Notes: a model not told the origin generated them from the letters alone. 64,000 nucleotides of DNA from Candidatus Multivoradales bacterium (GCA_965223325.1 CBDCWI010000002.1:1248001-1312000); one strand, 5' to 3'. Shown: positions 49,027 to 58,954, counted from the stretch's first letter. Translations and numbers: made by a program.

Positions 49027-49814
49027 TAGGAACTCCTCATCCACAGCCCGCCGTCGACGTGCAGGACCTGACCGGTGACGTAGGAGGCGCGTTCCGAAAG
49101 CAGGAAACAGACGACCTCGGCAATCTCTTCTGGACTCGCCAGGCGCCCGAGGGGAATCTGCAGGTTGTCGCGATTCTCCAGTGGCAAGGGGGCCGTCATG
49201 TCGGTGTCGACAAAGCCAGGAGACACGGCGTTACAGCGCACGCCGAAGCGCGCCGCCTCGAGCGCCAGGCTGTAGGTGAGGTTGACCAGCGCCGCCTTCG
49301 ACGCCGCATAGTCGGCACCCATCCACTTGCCGGGCCCGTGCGCCGACGTCGAGGCGATGTTGACGATCGCTCCCCGCTTCGCCTTGCGCATCAACTTGTA
49401 GGCCGTCTGGCTCGCCAACATCGCCGCCTCGACGTTGACCGCAAATGTCTGGCGCCAGGAATCGAGATCGAGGCCACGAAAGGCGACCGCTCGACCGCCG
49501 CCGGCGTTGTTGACGAGGCCGGAGAGACCGCCAGCAGCCGCATTGAAGTCCTCCACCAGCCCGATGGCCGAGGCGGCGTCCGCAAGGTCTGCGGTGAGCG
49601 CGATCGTCTTTCCCGCTTCGACGTGCTCGCCCGCGGCGACTTCCTCGGCGATCTCGGCACACGCTCGAGCAACCGCACTGGCGTTGCGTCCGTGCACTCC
49701 GACCGTCGCACCGGCAAGCGCCAGCTTCCTCGCCACGGCGTTGCCAATTCCACGCGTCGAGCCGGTGACCAGGACTCGCTGACCCGCCAGGCTGTCAGTT
49801 GTAGGACCGGTCAC
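49026..49814 (-). CDS. fabG: 3-oxoacyl-ACP reductase (SDR)
   Basis: TGSTRGIG, NNAG, YAASK, PGFVDTDM motifs; clustered with fabF and ACP. Confidence 0.85.
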   Translation of the reverse strand: MTGPTTDSLAGQRVLVTGSTRGIGNAVARKLALAGATVGVHGRNASAVARACAEIAEEVAAGEHVEAGKTIALTADLADAASAIGLVEDFNAAAGGLSGLVNNAGGGRAVAFRGLDLDSWRQTFAVNVEAAMLASQTAYKLMRKAKRGAIVNIASTSAHGPGKWMGADYAASKAALVNLTYSLALEAARFGVRCNAVSPGFVDTDMTAPLPLENRDNLQIPLGRLASPEEIAEVVCFLLSERASYVTGQVLHVDGGLWMRSS

Positions 49815-49833
49815 GCTCTTGGCTCCGGCCGCA

Positions 49834-50487
49834 TCACGGTTCTGGCCGAATCGGGAACCTGACCGCAGTGCGATCCCACTGAATGAGCAAGTCGACGCCA
49901 GAGCCTTCTGGTTCGAAGCCGATGATCAGCCCATGCGTCACCTCGTCGGTAGCCTCGGGGACCGCATCGACCGTCAGCACGTCGAGCTCGGGGTCGTACT
50001 CATCGGCAAGGTGCATGCCGAGCGCGCGGTTCAAGTGCAGGGTCCAGTGGTCGGCCCGCGGGGTCGTGAACAAGCTATAGAGACCCGGCTCGAGGGCCTG
50101 GCCACCGACCTTGACCGGAACCGTGACCGCCAGCTCGGTAGAACGATGGGCTCCCGTAGCCCAGACGGTGCCATAGGCGACCAGGCCTCCGAAGACCGTC
50201 CGCCCGCGGGTGTAGGGCTTGCCGTAGACGACATGCAGGTAGCCACCACCCGGCAGCCGTGCGCCCGCACGACCGACGGCGCTTCCCGGCGGCGGGTCGG
50301 CGGGGTCGAGCCGCAGGCCTTCGACCAGAAAGGTATCCGCGACAGGACCCTCGCTGGCACCATGGGCGTGTGCCGACTGCGCACCTGCCGGCGAAACGCT
50401 GAGTACGAGAACCGCGAGCGCGATGCCTGCTGCACTCTCGACTACTCGCGCACTCGCCCGAACGCCTTTCCTGACCTGACTCACCAT
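49834..50487 (-). CDS. DUF2911-like secreted protein
   Basis: VYGKPYTRGR.VFGGLVAYG.VWATGA, GLYSLFT.P, IQWD motifs. Confidence 0.82.
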   Translation of the reverse strand: MVSQVRKGVRASARVVESAAGIALAVLVLSVSPAGAQSAHAHGASEGPVADTFLVEGLRLDPADPPPGSAVGRAGARLPGGGYLHVVYGKPYTRGRTVFGGLVAYGTVWATGAHRSTELAVTVPVKVGGQALEPGLYSLFTTPRADHWTLHLNRALGMHLADEYDPELDVLTVDAVPEATDEVTHGLIIGFEPEGSGVDLLIQWDRTAVRFPIRPEP

Positions 50488-50660
50488 GGTTCTTCGGCTC
50501 CCTGACTCTCGTATCCTGTTGTCGCGCTCCACGCCCCCAGGGGACGTGAGCCTCAGAATACAGCGCCAAGAGCGGTGAGTGCGCTCCAGGGCTCTGACGC
50601 AGGCAATCAGAACGCAGGTTCAGGACGCGGGTTCAGGACCAGGGCCTGGCCGAGAGGGGC

Positions 50661-51068
50661 TCAAAACTCCGGCAGGGTACGGTGCATCCACTGCACGCAC
50701 ACCGCCTGCAGCAGGCTGTCGAGCCCCTTGTCGGGCGACGGCAGATTCTGCACCCGCGTGCGTACCGACTTGCGGAAGAGGTGCGTGCCGTAGACAGCGA
50801 CCAGGAGGGTAACCACCAAACCGACCTGGACCGGTCCCCAACCTTCGAGCACCGTGCTCACCAGGGCCAGCAACGCCGCCGCCTGGAGAAGCAGGGTCAG
50901 TCCCAGACTCAAATACATCTGGCGCCTGGCGAGCGACTTGAAGGCGGCGAGGTGCTCCATCGTTTCGACCTTGTCGATCTGCGCCATGAAGTTCTGCATG
51001 TCGATCGTCGACGCGATCTGCAGCATCAAGGCAACGAAGAGAACGACGAGCAGGATGGTGGTGAACAT
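50661..51068 (-). CDS. Hypothetical membrane protein (3 TM)
   Basis: Hydrophobic helices; co-oriented with its neighbours. Confidence 0.6.
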   Translation of the reverse strand: MFTTILLVVLFVALMLQIASTIDMQNFMAQIDKVETMEHLAAFKSLARRQMYLSLGLTLLLQAAALLALVSTVLEGWGPVQVGLVVTLLVAVYGTHLFRKSVRTRVQNLPSPDKGLDSLLQAVCVQWMHRTLPEF

Positions 51069-51189
51069 TCCAGCCTCGAAGGGAAGTGGAGGGAACCTTT
51101 GGTCGAAAGGCGATAACGCGCCCGAATCGGCGAGATTATACCATCGAAATACTTGTTTTAAGAGCTGTTCGCTCTCGGCGGCACACCTT

Positions 51190-51699
51190 CTACGGCTTCC
51201 AGAACGCCACCAGCCGTCCGGCGCACAAGACAGCGGTCCACAGCAGTAGCGACAGGCCACCCATCCAACGCGCCGCTCCAGGCACCTGGCCCCCGGGCGG
51301 CAGCGCCGCCACCCGTCCGGCGACCGTTCGGTGGTAGATCAACACGTTCACGAGCGCCGCGGACAGAAAGACCACCTTCCAGTGGAAGGCCGGGTTGCCG
51401 AGGTAGCCGCGCGGAATCCCAACGACGAACAAGGCGCCGGTCGCGGCACAGAGCAGGAAACCGAAGGCCCCGCAGCGCTCCAGCGGCCGAAACCCCGCCG
51501 GGGCCAGCTCTTTCACCCACCCGAGAAGACTGAGATCGAACAGCACGACGGTTCCGATCAGAAGCGTCAGGCCGAGAAAATGCAGGGACTCACACAATGG
51601 CCACGCCCAGGCCGACCAGTTCATGAACGACGACAACCAGGTGCCCTCGAGCCATGTCGCCAGGCCGTCGAGATACGGTGCGGGAGGAGCGGCGTTCAC
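51190..51699 (-). CDS. DUF6644-like 4-TM membrane protein
   Basis: WPLCESLHFLGL..DL.LLG..YLGNPAF.WK..GRLVAF; GTG overlaps the upstream stop. Confidence 0.75.
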   Translation of the reverse strand: MNAAPPAPYLDGLATWLEGTWLSSFMNWSAWAWPLCESLHFLGLTLLIGTVVLFDLSLLGWVKELAPAGFRPLERCGAFGFLLCAATGALFVVGIPRGYLGNPAFHWKVVFLSAALVNVLIYHRTVAGRVAALPPGGQVPGAARWMGGLSLLLWTAVLCAGRLVAFWKP

Positions 51700-52220
51700 A
51701 TGCTGCTCATCAGATGGCGGTAGGTGTAGGCCAGCAGGCGACCGGAAACGATCGCGGCCGTCCACGAAGCGAGCGACACCCAGGCGATGGGAACCAGACC
51801 GCGACGACTCTTTGCCGACGCGGCGCCAGGATCCCGCAGGTGGCCTTCGAGTCGGCGCGCGATCAGCACCGCCACCGCCACGCACAGCATCTTGAAGAAG
51901 AACATCGGGTTGGTCAGTGCCTTCGCCGGGTAGGCCACAAAGAGGAGTACACCGCTCAGCGCACTGGCGAGGAAACTCACCCACAGGATCGGAAAGAACC
52001 TCCTCATCGGCGGCAAAGGCAGCCGCGGCGCAATCCCGAGGATGCGGAGGTCGATGGCGATGCTCACTCCGGCGACGACTGCCAGAGCCAGAGTGTGCAG
52101 AGTGAGAACGCCGGGGAAGGCGAAGACCGACAAGGACTCACGCATCCAGACGCTGATCGCCGTCGCTTCGATCCAGCCGCTGACCTCGACCCAAGGAAAC
52201 GCCTGCACAGCGAGCCTCAC
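51696..52220 (-). CDS. DUF6644-like 4-TM membrane protein (paralog)
   Basis: TLHTLAL..DLRILG..NPMFFFK..GRLLAY. Confidence 0.75.
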   Translation of the reverse strand: MRLAVQAFPWVEVSGWIEATAISVWMRESLSVFAFPGVLTLHTLALAVVAGVSIAIDLRILGIAPRLPLPPMRRFFPILWVSFLASALSGVLLFVAYPAKALTNPMFFFKMLCVAVAVLIARRLEGHLRDPGAASAKSRRGLVPIAWVSLASWTAAIVSGRLLAYTYRHLMSSM

Positions 52221-53932
52221 CGCTCTTCATCGCCTGGCAAAGCCGCACCGCGCAGCTGAGCCAGAGCAACTTCAGGGGAGATCTCCGGGGCGATCTCGAG
52301 AAGCGGTTCGAGCACGAACGCCCGTTGGCCCATGCGCGGATGCGGCACCACCAGGCCGGGTTCGTCGATCTCCTGGTCGCCGAACAGCAACAGGTCGAGA
52401 TCAACCACCCGTGGACCGTTGCGAAACGTCTTCTCGCGACCGAGCTCACGCTCGATGCGTTGCAACTGCTCGAGAAGAGACCGCGCGTCGAGTGCCACCT
52501 CGAGTCTCACGACGGCATTGAGGAAGTCCGGCTGATCGGCGAACCCCACCGGCTCGGTCTCGTAGAAGCTGGAACGGCCAGTGAGCCGGCCGAGTCGTGA
52601 GAGTAGGGCGATGGCGCGCTCGAGCGTTTCCCGCCGGGCACCGAGGTTGGCACCCAGGCCGACATAGGCCGGCACCACCGTGCCAGACGCCCCCACCAGG
52701 CGGGTGCACTCGACCGCCACCCGCGCTCCCAGCTGTCGGCTGATCTCTGGTTTCTCGACGCGTACACGAACCGACAGAACCGGCGCGCCGGCCTCACGGG
52801 CCAAGTCAAGCACCCGGTCGCCCAGTGACCGCGCCAGAGTCTCGAGCAGTCGCCACGGGCGCGCGGCGACATGCTCGGAAACGGCGGCGACGATGCGGGC
52901 ATAGTCGAGCCTGCCGGTGAGCACATCATCTTCGGGCCCTGGGCTGAACACGGCCTCGACGTCGACCAGGAGCGGCTGCGGCTTCTCACGCTCTCGGTCA
53001 GGAACACCGACCGTCGCCCGCAGTTCGAGACCCTCGACCAGGCTGCGCTCGTCTCCGGCGCGACCGATCTCCATACCCACCCAACTCCCGGGTCGAGCTC
53101 CTTGCGGCCGCAAGGCCTGGGCGACGTCGAGAGCACGACGGTTGGCCAGAACATCGTGCACCCGAACCACCGCCACTCCCGCGAGAACCGCATGCACCGT
53201 GGTTGCAATCGTGGCTTCGAGGCGCTCCCCTTGCGGCAAACCGAGAAGTTTCCCGAACATCGACTTGCGCGAGGTTCCCAAAACCACCGGCGCCCCCAGC
53301 TCGACCAACTGCGGCAGAGCACGCAGAAGCGCTGTGTTGTCCTCTAAGGTCTTGCCGAAGCCGATCCCGGGATCGAGGAGTAGCCGGACCCCGAACCGTT
53401 CGGCTGCAGCCAGACGCCGGCGCAGAAATAGCAGCACCTCACGGACGACGTCGTCGTACTGCGGTGCCGACTGCATGGTGGAGGGTGTCCCCTTCATGTG
53501 CATGGCAATGACCGGAGCGCCGGTGGAGGCCGCCACCTCGAGCATCGACTGCCGTGCGCCGCGAACGTCATTGATGATCGAAGCCCCTGCCGCCAATGCC
53601 GCTTCAGCCACCCCCGGCTTGCTGGTGTCGATGCTGATCGGAACGCCGTGGGCAGCCAGGCCCTCGACCACTGGCAGAATGCGCGCCAGCTCGGTTTCGG
53701 TTGAAACCGCTTCGGCACCCGGCCGGGTGCTCTCGCCCCCCACATCGAGCAGGTCTGCACCCTCTTCGATCAGTCGACGCCCGTAGTCGACCGCGTCGAG
53801 AGGGCGCAGAAACCTGCCGCCATCCGAGAAGCTGTCCGGCGTGACATTGACGATGCCCATCACGAGCGGGCGATCGAACGTCAGAACGGTCCCGTTCGCG
53901 AGCCCGAGCGGCATGAGGCTGCGACTAGCCAT
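52217..53932 (-). CDS. folP-folB-folK: Trifunctional folate enzyme: dihydropteroate synthase - dihydroneopterin aldolase - HPPK
   Basis: MGIVNVTPDSFSDGG, GESTRPGA, DPGIGFGK, SRKS, RVHDV (FolP); GV..ERE..Q..LDY..LLETLA (FolB); GLGANLG, YETEP, GPRVVDLDLL, PHPRM..RAFVL (FolK). Confidence 0.92.
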   Translation of the reverse strand: MASRSLMPLGLANGTVLTFDRPLVMGIVNVTPDSFSDGGRFLRPLDAVDYGRRLIEEGADLLDVGGESTRPGAEAVSTETELARILPVVEGLAAHGVPISIDTSKPGVAEAALAAGASIINDVRGARQSMLEVAASTGAPVIAMHMKGTPSTMQSAPQYDDVVREVLLFLRRRLAAAERFGVRLLLDPGIGFGKTLEDNTALLRALPQLVELGAPVVLGTSRKSMFGKLLGLPQGERLEATIATTVHAVLAGVAVVRVHDVLANRRALDVAQALRPQGARPGSWVGMEIGRAGDERSLVEGLELRATVGVPDREREKPQPLLVDVEAVFSPGPEDDVLTGRLDYARIVAAVSEHVAARPWRLLETLARSLGDRVLDLAREAGAPVLSVRVRVEKPEISRQLGARVAVECTRLVGASGTVVPAYVGLGANLGARRETLERAIALLSRLGRLTGRSSFYETEPVGFADQPDFLNAVVRLEVALDARSLLEQLQRIERELGREKTFRNGPRVVDLDLLLFGDQEIDEPGLVVPHPRMGQRAFVLEPLLEIAPEISPEVALAQLRGAALPGDEER

Positions 53933-54239
53933 GGGTGGTGAGGGAACAGGGAGGGGAAGCCTGCGCCGGGCACCCGGGTCCGAGGGGGGCTGGGAACCGA
54001 GAGCCGGTGCACGACCGAACGAGGAGACTGACCAAGGAGGCCAAACAAGATGAAGGACGGCGCGTCATACGCGGAAGTCCAGCCACCGGCTTCTCCCTCC
54101 AGAGTTTGAGACCGGCCTCGTCGTCGCAAGTCACACCGATCCCTTCGGGGAAAGCAACCAACGCGCACCGGCCATTGGTAAGGCGAGTCGCCGCGACAAT
54201 AGCCGAGTGGGCAGTACACTGCCGTCGAGGTCCCTGGAG

Positions 54240-55823
54240 ATGCGAGAAGTGGATGACTCAAAAGCCCTGGCAGGAGGTGGCGCGGCGCTGGTGGCGGCGA
54301 CGGTGCGATGGCTCCTGGCGGCCCTGATCGTCTTCCTGGCTGGGCAGATGGTTGCGCCGCCACTCAGCGCGCAGACCACCGATCCACGCGGGCGCGTTTC
54401 GGTACTCGGCGTCGGCGACGAAGAACTGCGTCGGCTGCGCGCCGCCGTGCCCGAGGGCGAAGCGAGCGGCGAAGTCATCGAGCTCACCATTCCTGACGCA
54501 GTGCGCCGTGCCCTGCGCCAGAGCCTCGCCGAGCGCACCGCGGGTGGAGCGGTGGCTGCAGCCGAGGCGCGCGTGCAGTCGGCGCGCGCGCGACGGCTAC
54601 CGGATCTGACCGCCAACCTCGGTTTCGTGCGCAGCGAGTTCAACCTCGCGGCATCCTTCTTTCGCGATCTTCCTCCGCCGGGCGGCGACAGCACCGAGGC
54701 GGCGACCGACCGCGGGGTCGTCGGGCCGTTCGAAGTCTGGGACGCCCGTTTCGGCCTGCGGGTACCACTCTACGACCGCGGGCTGGCGCTCGCCCACGAC
54801 GCTGCGGCGGCGCACCTCGAAGGCCAGCGTCACCACTACCAGGGGCAGCGCGATCTCATCGTCCTGGCGGTTTCGAATCTCTACCTGACCGCCGTCGCCC
54901 ACCGCACACGGGTCGAAGCCGCCGTGGCGCAACTCGAAACCTCGCGCTCGCTACGCGAACTCGCCGCGAGTCGCCATGCGGCCGGAATGGCGCCAGCGAT
55001 TGAAACCCTGCGCGCCGAGGTTGCGATGAGTGCCGACGAAGTCCGGTTGATTCGGGCGCAGAACGAACTCTCCAAGTCTCGGCTCGACCTCGCCTACGCC
55101 ATCGGTCTACCGGCCGGGCAGCGCTTCCGACTGGTCGAGGACATCCACTTCGAGCCCCTACCGCCCACCGACCTCGACGAGGCGATCGCACGTGCCTTCG
55201 AGCAGCGCGGCGACTGGGCCGCTTCGGCCGCCCGACGGCACGCGGCCAGCAGCCAGGTGCGCGCGCTGCGCGCCGAACGCCTCCCGCGCCTCGCAGCGGA
55301 GGCCAACTGGGGTCGGATCGGCCCTACCGAGGACGACCTCGAACCCACCTGGGGAATCGCTGCCAACCTGTCGGTTCCGATTTGGCGCTCCGGTCGAATC
55401 GCCGGTGCGCTGGCTGAAGCCCTGGCCGATTTCAGGCGTCGCGACGCCGAGCACAAAGCGCTCGAAGCGGCGATTCGTTTCCAGGTCGAAGCGGCGCTGC
55501 TCGACGCCGCAGCCGCCGAGCGAACGGTCACCGTCGCCCGCCAGGCCGTAGCGCTCGGTGATGCACAGCTGGTCCAGGCCCGCCACCGCTTCGAAGAGGG
55601 GGTCGCCAACAACATCGAAGTCCTCCGCGCGCAGGAAGATCTGGCGCGCCTGCGGGAGATCCTCATCAGCAGTCTCTTTGCCCACCGCACGGCCAAAGGC
55701 GCCGTGGCGCGGGCTCTCGGAATCGCCGAGGCACGCCTGGTCGAGTACCTTGTCGGCACGTCTCTGGCGACCGAGCCACAAGTCAACCAACTCCACGCAA
55801 ACGAAGAAGAGGCCAGGCGTTGA
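54240..55823 (+). CDS. TolC family outer-membrane efflux protein (start uncertain)
   Basis: Two OEP repeats (RLPDL..VPLYD; RLPRL..VPIW), RFEEGV; first gene of an emrAB-type operon. Confidence 0.88.
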   Translation: MREVDDSKALAGGGAALVAATVRWLLAALIVFLAGQMVAPPLSAQTTDPRGRVSVLGVGDEELRRLRAAVPEGEASGEVIELTIPDAVRRALRQSLAERTAGGAVAAAEARVQSARARRLPDLTANLGFVRSEFNLAASFFRDLPPPGGDSTEAATDRGVVGPFEVWDARFGLRVPLYDRGLALAHDAAAAHLEGQRHHYQGQRDLIVLAVSNLYLTAVAHRTRVEAAVAQLETSRSLRELAASRHAAGMAPAIETLRAEVAMSADEVRLIRAQNELSKSRLDLAYAIGLPAGQRFRLVEDIHFEPLPPTDLDEAIARAFEQRGDWAASAARRHAASSQVRALRAERLPRLAAEANWGRIGPTEDDLEPTWGIAANLSVPIWRSGRIAGALAEALADFRRRDAEHKALEAAIRFQVEAALLDAAAAERTVTVARQAVALGDAQLVQARHRFEEGVANNIEVLRAQEDLARLREILISSLFAHRTAKGAVARALGIAEARLVEYLVGTSLATEPQVNQLHANEEEARR

Positions 55824-57082
55824 GCACCTCCGAAGGCAAGAACCCAGAACCGACTCATGGTTCGAAGGGCCGGCGCCGCCGAGGCGCCCTGGTTGGCGGC
55901 CTGATGGTCGCGTTGCTGGCTACGCTTCTCGTGGCCTGGTGGCTCGGGCGCCGCGAATCGACCGACAACGCTCACCTCGAGGGACATGTGCACCCGGTCG
56001 CCGCACGTGTCGAAGGACCGGTGATCGAAGTGGCGGTTGGAGAGAACCAGGAGGTCGAGAAAGGCGACGTCTTGTTTCGCATCGACCCGGCGCTCTACCG
56101 GGTCAACCTCGCCACCGCCGTCGCCCACCTGGCCGACGCGCGCGCCGAAGCGGCCGCGGCTCAGACTGGAGTGCCCATCGCCTCGACGACCACGCGCTCG
56201 GCTCTGCGTTCGGCACTGGCGAGCCGCGAGGGCGCGCGGACCGGCATCTTGCAAGCCAGACAACAAGCCGAAGTCGCCGAAGCAGAGCTCGACGCTGCTC
56301 TGGCGCGACGAGTACAGGCCGAGCGCGACCTTGAGCGTATGCAGCGACTCGTCGAGCGCGACGAAGTGTCACAGCAGGACTACGACCGTGCGGTCGCTGA
56401 GGAAACCAGAGCGCGCTCGGCGCACGCCGCCGCGCGGCTCGAGGTCGAGATCGCCGCCGGTCGCATGGACCAGGCAGCCGGCGCACTCGAGCGTGCCGAG
56501 GCGCTGGTCGCAGAGGCCCAGACGGCACCCCAACAGGTGGCAGTGCACGAGGCTGGAGCCAGTGCCGCCGCGGCGCGCCTCGAGTCCGCCGAGGCGGCAG
56601 TCGAGCAGGCGCAGCTGCAGCTGAAGTGGACCGAGGTGCGGGCTCCAGCCGCTGGGGTCATAGGCCGCAAGCGTGTCGAGGTCGGTCAGTTCCTGCGCCC
56701 CGGCGAGCCCGTCCTCGCCGTCGTGGCAAGCGGCGAGATCTGGGTCGTGGCGAACTTCAAGGAGACCCAACTCGAGCACCTCCGCCCCGGCCAGGAGGCG
56801 CGCGTCAAGGTCGATGCCTACCCTGCACTCGAGCTTTCTGGCAAGGTTGAAAGCCTGTCGGCGGCGACCGGTTCGCGCTTCAGCCTGCTGCCGGCCGAAA
56901 ACGCCACCGGCAACTTCGTCAAGGTCGTCCAGCGCGTTCCGGTACGCATCGGCCTCGATCCCGCAGCTCTTTCGGAGGCGACACGCGGCGGGCAACCGCT
57001 GCGGCCCGGCATGTCGGTGGTGGTGCGCGTGTACACCGGCGAGAGCAGAACGCCTCGAAGTGTCTCTCGCGACGCTCCCTGA
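55820..57082 (+). CDS. emrA: EmrA-like HlyD family membrane fusion protein
   Basis: ESTDNA, WVVANFKETQL, FSLLPAENATGNFVKVVQRVPVRI, LRPGMS motifs. Confidence 0.9.
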   Translation: MSTSEGKNPEPTHGSKGRRRRGALVGGLMVALLATLLVAWWLGRRESTDNAHLEGHVHPVAARVEGPVIEVAVGENQEVEKGDVLFRIDPALYRVNLATAVAHLADARAEAAAAQTGVPIASTTTRSALRSALASREGARTGILQARQQAEVAEAELDAALARRVQAERDLERMQRLVERDEVSQQDYDRAVAEETRARSAHAAARLEVEIAAGRMDQAAGALERAEALVAEAQTAPQQVAVHEAGASAAAARLESAEAAVEQAQLQLKWTEVRAPAAGVIGRKRVEVGQFLRPGEPVLAVVASGEIWVVANFKETQLEHLRPGQEARVKVDAYPALELSGKVESLSAATGSRFSLLPAENATGNFVKVVQRVPVRIGLDPAALSEATRGGQPLRPGMSVVVRVYTGESRTPRSVSRDAP

Positions 57083-58677
57083 TGGAGTCAGACGACAGGC
57101 CGACCCCCTCGTCATCTGCCGCGTTCACAGCAGGCGAGCCGACAGGTTCCGCGCTGCCCGAGAACCCCTGGCCGAGTGCCATCGCGATCATGCTGGCGAC
57201 CATGATGGTGTATCTCGACACCACGGTGGTCAACCTGTCGCTACCACACATGGCGGGCAGCCTCTCGGCCTCGATCCACGAGGCCACCTGGAGCCTGACC
57301 TCTTACCTGGCCGCCAACGCAGTCATCTTGCCGCTCACCGGTTGGCTGGCCAACTGGATCGGGCGCAAGCGTCTGATCATGGGCGCGCTGACCGGCTTCG
57401 TCGCTGCCTCGCTGGGCTGTGGCGTCTCGAGCTCGATCGGCATGCTGATCGTCTTCCGAGTCATCCAAGGTCTCACCGGCGGGGTAATGCAACCGATTTC
57501 GCAAGCGGTGCTGCTCGAGAGCTTTCCGGCTGACCAACGGGGAAAGGCGATGGGCGTCTGGTCGATGGGAATCGTCCTGGCACCGATCCTCGGGCCGGTG
57601 ATCGGCGGCTGGCTGACCGAGAACTGGAATTGGCGTTGGGTCTTTCTGATCAACGTGCCGGTGGGGCTCTTGAGCCTCCTTCTGGTGCGTCAGACGATCG
57701 TCGATCCGTCCTACATCAAGCGACAGACGGAGCGCATCGACTGGGCGGGCATCGGGCTGGTCACCCTGGGGATCGCCTGCATTCAGATCATGCTCGACCA
57801 GGGGCAGGACGAAGACTGGTTCAACTCGCGCTTCGTCGTTGGGCTTCTGGCGGTGGGAGTCGTTAGCCTGGTGATCTTCGTCGTCCGCAGCCTGCGCAGC
57901 GAGTACCCGGTGCTCGACCTCAGGGACCTGTGGATCCGCACCTTTGCCATCGGGACCGCCTTCTCCGGCCTGGTTGGCTATCTGCTCCACGGCTCGATCG
58001 TCGTTTTGCCGCTTCTCCTACAGACCCAGCTCGGGTTCCCGCCGCTCGAAGCCGGCCTGGCCATCGTGCCGCGCGGTATCGGCGCCTTTCTGGCTTTCCC
58101 CCTCGTCGGGGTGATCGCCGACCGCTTCGATCCCCGCAAGCTCCTGTTCGCCGGCCTGGTGCTGGGCAGCTTCACCATGTTCTGGTTCGCGACTCTGGAC
58201 CACTCGCTGGGCTACTGGGATCTGGTGGCGCCACAATTCATTCAGGGACTCGCCCTCGGACTCCTCTTCGTGCCCCTGTCGACGATCACCATGGACCCGA
58301 TCTCGCGACCACGCATGGGCAACGCCACCAGTGTCTACAACGTGGTGCGCAATCTCGGTTCGTCGATTGGCATCGCGATCGTCGCCACCCAGCTGACGCG
58401 CGGCCAGCTGCGCCACCAGGCGCACCTCATCGAAGGGATCACCGCGTACGACCCGGCGACCCGGCTGCGCCTCGAGTCGCTCGAGCAGCTGTGGAAAGAG
58501 GCCGGCGTCGACCCGGCCACCGCCGCCCTCGGGGCACGGGCGGCTCTCGGGCGCCTGGTCGATCAACAGGCTGGCATTCTCGCCTACCTGGATTCGTTCC
58601 GCCTCTTCGGCCTGGTGTTTCTGCTGATGTGCCCGTTCGTTTTCCTGATGGAGCGACCGCGTCATCTGCGGCGCTAG
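57082..58677 (+). CDS. emrB: EmrB-like DHA2 MFS efflux permease
   Basis: LDTTVVN, TSYLAAN, FRVIQG, APILGPVIGG, WRWVFLINVPVG; 14-TM pattern. Confidence 0.92.
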   Translation: MESDDRPTPSSSAAFTAGEPTGSALPENPWPSAIAIMLATMMVYLDTTVVNLSLPHMAGSLSASIHEATWSLTSYLAANAVILPLTGWLANWIGRKRLIMGALTGFVAASLGCGVSSSIGMLIVFRVIQGLTGGVMQPISQAVLLESFPADQRGKAMGVWSMGIVLAPILGPVIGGWLTENWNWRWVFLINVPVGLLSLLLVRQTIVDPSYIKRQTERIDWAGIGLVTLGIACIQIMLDQGQDEDWFNSRFVVGLLAVGVVSLVIFVVRSLRSEYPVLDLRDLWIRTFAIGTAFSGLVGYLLHGSIVVLPLLLQTQLGFPPLEAGLAIVPRGIGAFLAFPLVGVIADRFDPRKLLFAGLVLGSFTMFWFATLDHSLGYWDLVAPQFIQGLALGLLFVPLSTITMDPISRPRMGNATSVYNVVRNLGSSIGIAIVATQLTRGQLRHQAHLIEGITAYDPATRLRLESLEQLWKEAGVDPATAALGARAALGRLVDQQAGILAYLDSFRLFGLVFLLMCPFVFLMERPRHLRR

Positions 58678-58722
58678 GGGGGGTTCTGTTGATGCCCTGA
58701 TCCCATATCTACCCGGTTTCAC

Positions 58723-58747
58723 GTCCCGTGGGGCTCCACACGGGACT
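58723..58747 (+). terminator. GC-rich hairpin downstream of emrB; possible terminator or stabiliser
   Basis: GTCCCGTG...CACGGGAC stem; no clear U-tract. Confidence 0.35.
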
Positions 58748-58954
58748 GCTACGGCGCTCACCGCCGCCTTTTGTTGGCCGATCGGTCTGGTAGCTCGTTT
58801 GCACAACATCTGGCCAGGGATCACAAGATCTCTTGAGATTTGTAAAAAATCAGCATTTTCCTTGTAATCCCATGTGCCGCTGGAACAGGATCCCAGTTCA
58901 CACGGATCGATTCGAAACACCGACCGCCCCGGTGTGCGCCCCAGAGGATTCCGA

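Noticed and set aside
54240-58677. TolC-EmrAB as a novel system
   Set aside because: It is a canonical tripartite MFS efflux operon. Its TolC might also serve the ABC/RND operon, but the sequence gives no evidence for that.
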